A stretch of 64,000 nucleotides of DNA from an uncultured Planctomycetaceae bacterium (GTDB lineage Bacteria > Planctomycetota > Planctomycetia > Planctomycetales > Planctomycetaceae), in contig CAWFAK010000009.1 in the NCBI GenBank assembly GCA_963813715.1, positions 1 through 64,000 of the forward strand, read 5' to 3'. The notes below the pieces were generated by a model that had not been told where the DNA came from, made no database searches, and saw only the letters and a program-made list of their open reading frames with translations. Below are positions 55,632 to 64,000 of this stretch, in pieces. Both the position numbers and the translations under genes were made by a program. Within the stretch, counting starts at the first letter, position 1. Every line of letters starts with the position of its first letter.

Positions 55632-56348
55632 TCACTCGTTGTCGAGGGCCAGGTCGCGGAGTTGGCTCAGGGCTTCGTCGAGCTCCGGCACCTTAGCGCC
55701 GGGGACGCGGCCGGCCAGGTCGCATTTGGCGAGCAGAATCAGCTCGTCGTAGTCGGCCGATTGTTGCAGCCGGCGGCGGGCGCGCACGCCGATCCGACCG
55801 TCGAGCAGATCGAGGGCCAGCGAGTGCTGTTCGATCAGCCAGGCCGTGCGCTCGGAGATTGCATCGCCGAGTGCCCTCAGGCCGGCCGTCACGTGCTCGT
55901 GCGGATCGATGCCTTTTCCCACGTCGTGCAAGAGGGCGGCCAGGCGGAATTCCTCGTCGTAGGGCAGCAGGTCAGAAGCCAGCGTGAAAACCTGCAGGCT
56001 GTGATAGAGCACGTCCCCCTCGGGGTGCCGCCTGTGGTCCTGCTCGATCTTGGCCAAAGGCGCCAACAAGTTGCGATAAATGCGAAAGCGGTCCGTGCTT
56101 TCGGACAGTGGCCGCTCGGGATCGTCCCGCTGGTCGGCCAAGAGCGCGGGGCAGGCGTAACCGTTTGAGAGCCGCTCGAGCTCTTCGCGAATCTCGCGAT
56201 TGGTCGGTAGTTCGGAGGGCCGCAGCCTTTGGCGACAGAGCGTGCGGGCCGCCCGCTGCCTGGCCCGGCCGTATTCCTGCTCCTGCCGCTGATGCATCAG
56301 GCGAGCGGCCTCGAACAGAATCAGTTGGCGCAGCTTGTCGGCGGACAT
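55632..56348 (-). CDS. HD domain protein
   Basis: HPEGDVLYHSLQV, AALLHDVGK, CDLAGR. Confidence 0.85.
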   Translation of the reverse strand: MSADKLRQLILFEAARLMHQRQEQEYGRARQRAARTLCRQRLRPSELPTNREIREELERLSNGYACPALLADQRDDPERPLSESTDRFRIYRNLLAPLAKIEQDHRRHPEGDVLYHSLQVFTLASDLLPYDEEFRLAALLHDVGKGIDPHEHVTAGLRALGDAISERTAWLIEQHSLALDLLDGRIGVRARRRLQQSADYDELILLAKCDLAGRVPGAKVPELDEALSQLRDLALDNE

Positions 56349-56447
56349 GATTGAGGGCGAGGCCCCGGGCGCAGGCGAGTGAAAGAAGTGGTTCGCCGCG
56401 GAATTATATGCCGAGAGCCGCGCCCAAACCTGAGCAAGAGGCGGCTA

Positions 56448-57044
56448 TTACGGATCGAGCTCGACGTTCCAGTAGGCTTCGCTGATGAATTTAGACCAGC
56501 TGTCGATCCGCGTGTGCTGCGTCGCGTAGAGCGGTTTCCAGTCGGGCCGGCAGGGCTGCTTCTTGAGCGGCATCTTGGCTCGCTCGGGGGTTTTATCGGC
56601 CTTCCGCTTGTTGCAGGAGACGCAGGCCAGCACGCAGTTTTCCCAGGTCGACAGGCCCCCTTGCGAGCGGGGCATCACGTGGTCGATCGTCAGCTCTTCG
56701 CTGCCGGGCTGAATGCCGCAGTACTGGCAGGTGTAGCGATCGCGCTTATAGATGTTGCGGCGGCTGAAAGTCACCGCGCTCGTCGGCATACCCGAGTAGT
56801 GGATCAGGGCGACGACTTCGGGGACGCGGATGCGGCTGCGGACTGTGGAGACGAACAGTTCGCCGGCCCGAGGCGCCAGCTTCGACCAGTCGAGCCAGCC
56901 GTACAGTTGATAGTCATCCGGGTCGACGACGCGAGCCGTCTCGTTCCAGACCATCACGAGAGACCGGGCCACGGAGGCAACCCCGACGGGTTGCCAATTC
57001 CGGTTCAGGACCAGTGTCGGTCGTTCCAAGACCATCGAACTCAT
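56448..57044 (-). CDS. McrA-like HNH endonuclease
   Basis: LVLNRNW, FSRRNIYKRDRYTCQYCG, TIDHVMPRSQGG, WENCVLACVSCNKRK. Confidence 0.92.
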   Translation of the reverse strand: MSSMVLERPTLVLNRNWQPVGVASVARSLVMVWNETARVVDPDDYQLYGWLDWSKLAPRAGELFVSTVRSRIRVPEVVALIHYSGMPTSAVTFSRRNIYKRDRYTCQYCGIQPGSEELTIDHVMPRSQGGLSTWENCVLACVSCNKRKADKTPERAKMPLKKQPCRPDWKPLYATQHTRIDSWSKFISEAYWNVELDP

Positions 57045-57467
57045 CGTGGTTTCTCCGGCGCTCTGGGCGTCGCTCGGGGGATTGTTCGGGTTGGTTCGCC
57101 TGGCTTTCTCTCGAGTTGCGGCTCCGTCCGTTTGATCCGTCGCTGTCACAAGTCAGTCGCTGTGCCCAGCGAGTCCCTGGGACGTTCGATCTCGCACTCC
57201 CCCGGAGGCACGCGATCGAACCGGCATCGGCCTGTCACAACTCGGCCGACCTGCATCGGCCGTCACAAATCGGGCCGAAAATCAGCCTCTGAATAATAAG
57301 TGTGCGCGATTGGGTTGTCGAGCGCGGACGCGCTTTGCAGGGTCAAAGGCGCGTTAACTTTCCGTGAAGCGCGGCGCGCGTCAACACACGACGGGCGTGC
57401 AACTTGCGTTGAAAGACATGCGGCGAATCGCGAGCTTAACGGCCGAGCGCGGGCCACGATTCGACGC

Positions 57468-57887
57468 TCAGGACGTGCGCGGGTCGCGGCGATTGATCAG
57501 CGGCGGCTCGGGGCGAATGACGAATTGGGCGAAGCGTTCGTACCCGCCGGACGTCAGTCGATCGCACACGAGCTGCCGCCGTTCCGCTTCGGGCAGGCCG
57601 TTCAACACGCCGAAGACCAGGCACCCCAGCACGATGGTCGCCACGTCGACGACGGCGGCCGGCAGGCGAAACTCCTTGAGGTCGGCGAAGATCTCGTCCT
57701 TGCTGCAATACTCGCCGAATTTCTTGCCGGCATACATCAATTCCACGCCGGCGAAGTCCTGGCTCCACTCGTAGTCGAAGGGGCCGTAGTCGCGCCGCCG
57801 GTGCAGCACCCAGAAGCGGCCTCCCTCGAAGAGGATGCCATGCGTCGGCGCCGAGTCGGGGGCGGGGGCGGGGGCGGGCGGATCCAT
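57468..57887 (-). CDS. hypothetical protein
   Basis: Globular-looking sequence (YGPFDYEWS, GKKFGEYCSKDEIFADL). Confidence 0.6.
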   Translation of the reverse strand: MDPPAPAPAPDSAPTHGILFEGGRFWVLHRRRDYGPFDYEWSQDFAGVELMYAGKKFGEYCSKDEIFADLKEFRLPAAVVDVATIVLGCLVFGVLNGLPEAERRQLVCDRLTSGGYERFAQFVIRPEPPLINRRDPRTS

Positions 57888-58550
57888 CCGTTGCCTTGTG
57901 GTCGGGGCCTTGTGGCCCGGATCTTTTGGCCGAGGCCTTGTAACCGAAGGCTGGTGCGGCCCGATTCCCGAAGACGATCCGCCGCGCAGAGTGGCGCAGA
58001 CAGTTCGCCCAAATGAAACCGGGAACGCCAAATCATTGCGAAAGGACGCAAGCCGGGCAAGATCTGCATGGCCGAGATTCGACGATACGGTGGACGAATC
58101 GTGGCCGTCTTCTTATATCTTCGCCGACCGGCTTCGGTCGCAGAACCGGAGTTGGGGGCAGGCTTTTCACGATAACGGCCGCCGAGCTGTGCTCAAGAAA
58201 GCAGGCCGGGGAGTCGATGGATTTTTGCCGGGTTGACGGCCGCCGGACCGGCGGTGGAATTCCGCGAGAAATGGCGTGCCAAGCCGGGAATTCTGCGCGT
58301 CGAACAATTCGCGAAAAACGCCGCACCCAGCCGACTTGGGCGCTTGACAACCGGGAAAAACTTTAATACTTGAAGGGGCCGTTCCTCGGCCAAAGGGACC
58401 GGGCACGACGCCGGGCCGCTTCGATTGGCGTACTAGTCCATAGGTTTCCGGTTCGAGTGAGTGCGAACCGGTGCCTCCGCCCGCGAGTGATTTCTCAGGA
58501 CGACCGTTTTACAGAACGATCGCTTTACCGACAGTGAGGGGCTCACACAG

Positions 58551-58871
58551 ATGGCATGGCAACGGAGCGACGAGCAGTCGTGGTCAGGAACCCTGTTCGC
58601 AGAGGGGCAGGCGTCGGTGACTTTCCCAGGCGTGGAGCAGTTTCCCGTCTGGACTTCGACCTTCGACGTGCGCCTGGCCGACGAAGAGGAAGAAGCAGAA
58701 GAAGTCGAAGACGACGATGACGACGAAGAGGACGACATCGACGACGAAGAATTCGATGACGAAGAACTCGACGACGAAGAGTTCGACGACGAAGAATTCG
58801 ACGACGACGACGACCTCGACGAGGATGAGGACGAGGAGGAAGAGGAAGAGGAGGAAGACGAGGATTATTGA
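58551..58871 (+). CDS. small protein with a ~60-residue Asp/Glu tract
   Basis: GAGGGG RBS; GAC/GAA/GAG-rich tract 58680-58866. Confidence 0.6.
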   Translation: MAWQRSDEQSWSGTLFAEGQASVTFPGVEQFPVWTSTFDVRLADEEEEAEEVEDDDDDEEDDIDDEEFDDEELDDEEFDDEEFDDDDDLDEDEDEEEEEEEEDEDY

Positions 58872-59791
58872 GCCTCCCTCGATCATCGTCGGCTGGACCA
58901 CCTGCAGCAGGCGCATCTGAAGCGGACGCCACCGCAGCCGCGCGGCCTGCCCACACTCTCGACGACCAGCTGCTGCACGACCAGATCGGAGCCGCCGCCA
59001 CGGCCATCCGCGGGCGGTGGGCTTCGGTCCCCAGGGTGGGGCTGATCCTGGGGACCGGGCTGGGGCGGTTCGCCTCGTTGATCGAGACCGACGCGCGGAT
59101 CCCTTACGCCGACATCCCGCACTTCGCCGCCTCCACCGTCGCTTCGCACACGGGTCAGCTCGTCTGCGGACGGCTGGCCGGCGTGCCGCTCGTGGCGCTC
59201 GAAGGACGCGTCCACTTCTACGAGGGCTACACGATGCGCCAGGTCACCTTCCCGGTGCGCGTGATCAAGGCCCTCGGCGCGGAAACGCTCATCGCCACCA
59301 ACGCGGCCGGCGCGATGAATCTCGACTACGAGCTGGCCGACGTGGTGATCGTCGACGATCACATCAACCTGATGCCCGACAATCCGCTCCGCGGCATCAA
59401 CGACGACCGCCTGGGACCGCGCTTTCCCGACATGAGCGGCCCCTACGACCGCGAACTGACGAACGTCGCCCGCCAGGCCGCCACCGAGCTGGGTGTGCCA
59501 ACGCGGACCGGCGTTTTCGTCGCGGTGCCCGGGCCGAACCTGGAGACGCGGGCCGAATATCGCATGCTGCGGAACCTCGGAGCCGACATTGTGGGGATGT
59601 CGACGGTGCCCGAGGTGATTGTCGCCGCCCACGCCGGCTTGCGGACGCTCGTGCTGTCGATCGTCACTGATTTGTGCGATCCCGATTCGCTCGAACCGGC
59701 CACGCTGGAAAAAATGCTCGCTGTCGCGGAACGCGGAGCCGGCCACCTGGAACGGCTGATCCCGCGAATCGTCGCCCACCTGGGGCCATGA
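58868..59791 (+). CDS. purine-nucleoside phosphorylase (trimeric PunA/XapA type)
   Basis: [42 protein letters not shown]; start uncertain. Confidence 0.92.
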   Translation: MSLPRSSSAGPPAAGASEADATAAARPAHTLDDQLLHDQIGAAATAIRGRWASVPRVGLILGTGLGRFASLIETDARIPYADIPHFAASTVASHTGQLVCGRLAGVPLVALEGRVHFYEGYTMRQVTFPVRVIKALGAETLIATNAAGAMNLDYELADVVIVDDHINLMPDNPLRGINDDRLGPRFPDMSGPYDRELTNVARQAATELGVPTRTGVFVAVPGPNLETRAEYRMLRNLGADIVGMSTVPEVIVAAHAGLRTLVLSIVTDLCDPDSLEPATLEKMLAVAERGAGHLERLIPRIVAHLGP

Positions 59792-59968
59792 GCGATTTCG
59801 GGTGGCACTGGCGGCTCGTCCGCCAGTGGCGTTCTTCGCGACGAGAACAACACCAGACACTGGCGGACCAGCCGCCAGTGCCACCCCGGACGAATCGCCA
59901 AGAGACTAAAACTGCCAGAACCGGCGGGCTTACACCCGCCGCTCGCCTTGGCATATCATCGGCCAATC

Positions 59969-62900
59969 ATGTTTGAAAAAGTCACCAGTTCCGAATTCGT
60001 CCGTGGCGAGCATCACGTGCTCCGCTTCTGGCGGGAGCGCGCGATCTTCCAGCAGCTCCGCGCGAAAAATGCCGGCAAGCCGCGGTGGAGCTTCATCGAC
60101 GGGCCGATCACCGCCAACAACCCGATGGGCGTGCACCACGCCTGGGGACGCACCTACAAAGACGTCTTCCAGCGCTACTTCGCGATGACCGGGCACGACG
60201 AGCGCTACCAGAACGGCTTCGACTGCCAGGGGCTGTGGGTCGAAGTCGAGGTCGAGCGCGAGCTCAAGATGGGAGCCAAGGCGGCGATCGAGGCGTACGG
60301 CATCGACAAGTTCGTCAACGCCTGCAAGCAACGCGTGCTGCAGTTCGCGGCCCGGCAAACCGAGCAGTCGATCCGCTTGGGCTATTGGATGGACTGGGAC
60401 GATCCAACCACGCTGCGAAAACTTTCCGAGACCGTCGGCACCGAGCAAACCGTCAGCATCACGACGCCGTCGGGCCAAACAGTGAGCGACAAGGCCGACG
60501 CGATTGTGGCTCGGCTCGGCAACCCGCAGTGGGGCGGCAGCTACTTCACGTTCTCCACCGAGAACAACGAGACGATCTGGGCGTTCCTCAAGAAGTGTTT
60601 CGAGCGGGGCAAGCTCTACAGCGGTCACGACGTGATGCCTTGGTCGGGCCGCGCCGGCAGCGCGTACAGCCAGATGGAAGTCGCGGACGGCCGGCGGCTC
60701 ACCATCCACCGCTCGTGCTTCGTGCGGTTTCCGCTGGCAGACGCGGAGAACGAATACCTGCTCGTCTGGACGACGACTCCCTGGACGCTGACCAGCAACG
60801 TCGCCTGCGCGGTCAATCCCGACCTCGACTACGTGCAGCTCAAAACGAACCGCGACGGCGCCACTTATTACTTCGCCAAGGACAACCTGCACTTTCAGCG
60901 GCTCGAGCGCGAGTTCAAAGAGGGATTCGGTCGACCCGAATGGGGTTGGCCGTCGAACGTGCCCAAGCTCAAAACGATTTCGCAAATCTTCAAGGAGCAG
61001 GGCGGGTTCGAGATCGTCGCCGAAATCAAAGGGGCCGCGCTGGTGGGACGGCCGTATCGCGGACCGTTCGACGATTTGCCCGCGCAAAACGCGAAGGGAG
61101 GCATTCCCGAGGATGCCAATCTCAAGAACCGGACGGCGGCCGAGTCGCACCGCGTGATCGACGGCGGCCGCGATTCTCGCGGCAATCCCAACGTGGTGGC
61201 TGGCGAGGGAACGGGCATCGTCCACATCGCGCCGGGCTGCGGCGACGTCGACTATGTGCTCGGCAAGCAGCAGGGCCTGGTCGGGCTGGCGCCGCTGGAT
61301 GAGGCGGGGCAGTTCGTCGCCGGTTTCGGGCCGTTCGAAGGGCGCGAGGCCAACGATCCGCGAGACGGCCCAGCTCGTTTTCGATTCGCTCAAGGCGAAG
61401 CATCTGCTGGTCAACGTCGAAGAGTATCCGCACATCTATCCGTTCTGCTGGCGGACGGGGGACGAGCTGGTCTTCCGCCTCGTCGACGAGTGGTTCATCA
61501 ACATGGACTGGCGGGACGAGATCAAGGACGTCACGCGGCAGATTCGGTGGCTGCCGCCCAGCATCGACGGCGAAGAGCGCGAGGTCGAGTGGCTCACGAA
61601 CATGCGCGACTGGCTGATCTCCAAGAAGCGATTCTGGGGGCTGGCGCTGCCGATCTGGGTCGACGAGAAAACGGGCGAATTCACCGTCATCGGCTCCCTC
61701 GCCGAGTTGAAAGAGCGGGCCGTCGCAGGCTGGGACGAATTCGCGGGGCACACGCCACACCGGCCCTGGATCGACCGCGTGAAGATCAAGAACCCGAAGA
61801 CGGGCAATCTGATGTCGCGTGTGCCCGACGTCGGCAATCCGTGGCTCGACGCGGGAATCGTTTCGTTCTCGACGCTCGAATACAACACCAACCGCGACAA
61901 CTGGCGGAAGTGGTATCCGGGCGACCTCGTGCTCGAGTGCTTTCCCGGCCAGTTCCGCAACTGGTTCTATTCGATGCTCTCGATGGCGACGATGATGGAC
62001 AATTCGCCGCCGTTCAAAACCCTCTTCGGACATCGCCTGGTGATGAACGAAGACGGGAAGCCGATGCACAAGTCGGACGGGACGGCCATCTGGTTCGAAG
62101 AGGCGGCCGAGCAGCTGGGCGTCGACACCATGCGCTGGATGTACCTGGCGCAGAATCCGGCGTCCGACCTGCGGTTCGGCACGCGGCATCCCAACCATCC
62201 GGTCGTGCTGCAGACACCCGAAGGTCCGATCGAGCAAACTCGCGAAGGCGTGCCGACCTGCGAAGTCGTCAGCAAGCCGGCCGACGAAATCCGCCGGCAG
62301 GTGCTGATCCCGCTGTGGAACACGTACGCGTTCTTCGTCAATTACGCGCGGCTCGACGAATTCGATCCGCACGCGCCGGCTGTGCCCGTTGCCGAGCGGC
62401 CGGAGATCGACCGCTGGATCCTCTCCAACCTGCAGTCGCTGATCGCCGTCGCCAACAAGGGATTTCAAGAGTTCGACACGGCTTCGGTTTGCCGACAGGC
62501 GGCCGAATTCATCGACGACCTGTCGAACTGGTACATCCGCCGCAACCGCCGCCGCTTCTGGCGCTCGCGTGACGCGGGCGATCGCGACAAGCTGGCCGCG
62601 TATCAGACGCTCTATTCCGTGCTGGTCGAGCTGACGAAGCTGCTCGCGCCGATGATTCCGTTCCTCACCGAGCGGATGTACGCGAACCTCGTGAAGAGCT
62701 GGCGGCCCGACGCGCCGGAGAGCGTGCACCTGTGCGACTATCCGCAGCCGGACCAGAAACTGCTCGACCCGGAGCTCAACACGCGGATGGCCGCCGCCCA
62801 GCGGCTCGTGCGTCTGGGTCACAAGCTGCGCGACGACGCGAATCTCCGCGTGCGGCAACCACTGGCCGAGTGCCGCTTCGCCTGCGCGACGCAGCAGTCG

Positions 62901-63533
62901 CCGACTCGATCGAGCGACTGGCCGACGTCGTCGAGGACGAGCTCAACGTCAAGCAGCTCACCCGTTGCGACCACCTCGACGGCCTGGTGAGCTATACTTA
63001 CAAGCCGAACCTCAAAACGCTCGGGCCGAAATACGGCAAGCTGCTCGGCGCAGATCGGCAAGGCGCTCGACCGCGCTCGCCCGCGAGCGAGTTCGATCCG
63101 CTCCGCCGGGGACGAATCGATGCACGATTGCCGGTCGGCGGAACCGAGGTCGCTACTCGCTCCGACCGGACGTGCTGGTCTCGACGCAGCAATCGGCCGG
63201 CTGGGTGACGGCCGAAGACCGCGGCCTGCAGATCGCGCTCTCGACCGAACTGACGCCCGAACTCGTCCGCGAAGGAATGGCTCGCGACTTCGTCCGGCAG
63301 GTGCAGCAGCTGCGCAAGGATGCCGATCTCGAGATCGAGGACCGCATCCGCATTTGCTCATCCAGGCCGACGATTCCGATGTGAAGCAGTCCCTCGCCGA
63401 GTACCGCGAGTACATCGCGAGCGAGACGCAGGCCGATGCGATCGAGTCGTCGGCAAGCGTTCCCGACGGCGTCAAGGCCGTCTCGATCGGCAACGCCAAG
63501 GTCTTCATCTGGATCGCCAAGGTGTCGAAGTGA
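59969..63533 (+). CDS. ileS: isoleucine--tRNA ligase, type 2 (several frameshifts)
   Basis: [84 protein letters not shown]. Confidence 0.93.
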
Positions 63534-64000
63534 CGCACGTCGACGTGACCGGCCGAGCCCCTGCTGCACGTGGTGCTGCATCAGCCCGATATTCCGCAGA
63601 ACACGGGGAACATCGGCCGGACGTGCGTCGCCGTCGGGGCCAAGCTGTGGCTGATCCGGCCGCTCGGGTTTCGGCTCGACGAGAAGTTGCTCCGCCGCGC
63701 GGGCATGGATTATTGGGAGCTGGTCGACTGGGAAGTCGTCGAGAGTTGGGAGGAGCTGAAGCAACGACTCGCGGGCCGTCCCTGGTGGGCGCTCACCAAG
63801 TCGGGCACGCGGCTGTTGTGGGACGCCCCCTTCGCCCGCGGCGACGTGCTGGTCTTTGGCAGCGAGACCCGCGGACTACCGCCGTCGATTTTGGCCGAGC
63901 AGCCCGAACGGAATCTGAAGCTGCCGATGCGGAGCGAAGTCCGCAGCCTCAACCTCGCCAGCACGGTCAACACCGTCGTCTACGAAGCGGTGCGACAGTT
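63530..64000 (+). CDS. trmL: tRNA (cytidine/uridine-34-2'-O)-methyltransferase, SPOUT family (runs off window)
   Basis: [45 protein letters not shown]. Confidence 0.9.
   Translation, partial: MTHVDVTGRAPAARGAASARYSAEHGEHRPDVRRRRGQAVADPAARVSARREVAPPRGHGLLGAGRLGSRRELGGAEATTRGPSLVGAHQVGHAAVVGRPLRPRRRAGLWQRDPRTTAVDFGRAARTESEAADAERSPQPQPRQHGQHRRLRSGATV

Noticed and set aside
56448..57044. HNH protein as IscB/Cas9-like or a homing element
   Set aside because: Only ~198 aa, McrA-like, with no RuvC motifs or element ends
58344..58372. TTGACA-type sigma-70 promoter upstream of the acidic protein
   Set aside because: Perfect -35 but no clean TANNNT at 16-18 bp spacing, so not called
58680..58866. 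GACGACGAAGA repeats as a CRISPR or other DNA array
   Set aside because: Explained by Asp/Glu codons; no spacers or cas genes

Overview
GC-rich window, most likely from a planctomycete (DUF1559 prepilin-type proteins, a PSCyt/DUF1549/DUF1553 + DUF1501 pair, BlaI/BlaR1-M56, many REP-like palindromes). Many genes, including essential ileS, carry single-base indels, which points to uncorrected long-read errors rather than mass pseudogenisation. The core is a ~34 kb sulfur-handling region (21.5-55.4 kb). It holds an Rrf2 regulator, sbp/cysTWA sulfate uptake with a DUF1559-lipoprotein-DUF1573 insert, an ssuD remnant, a cysteine-dioxygenase-like cupin fused to an acyl-CoA-dehydrogenase fold with a divergent sigma-54 activator, and cysE. 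It ends in an encapsulin operon: two near-identical CBD-containing (Family 2B) shell genes, a cysteine desulfurase cargo with a long disordered N-terminus, and a rhodanese. One AT-rich 30-bp pseudo-palindrome recurs upstream of four of these units, suggesting a single regulon. Other points: an IS481 inserted into the centre of a GTAG REP; seven accessory genes (six of them small) sharing a leaderless TANNNT-N6-ATG header; a BlaI/BlaR1 module bracketed by a duplicated cysE 3' end; and a type 2 IleRS with a GVHH motif. All assignments come from motif recognition by eye; no searches were run.
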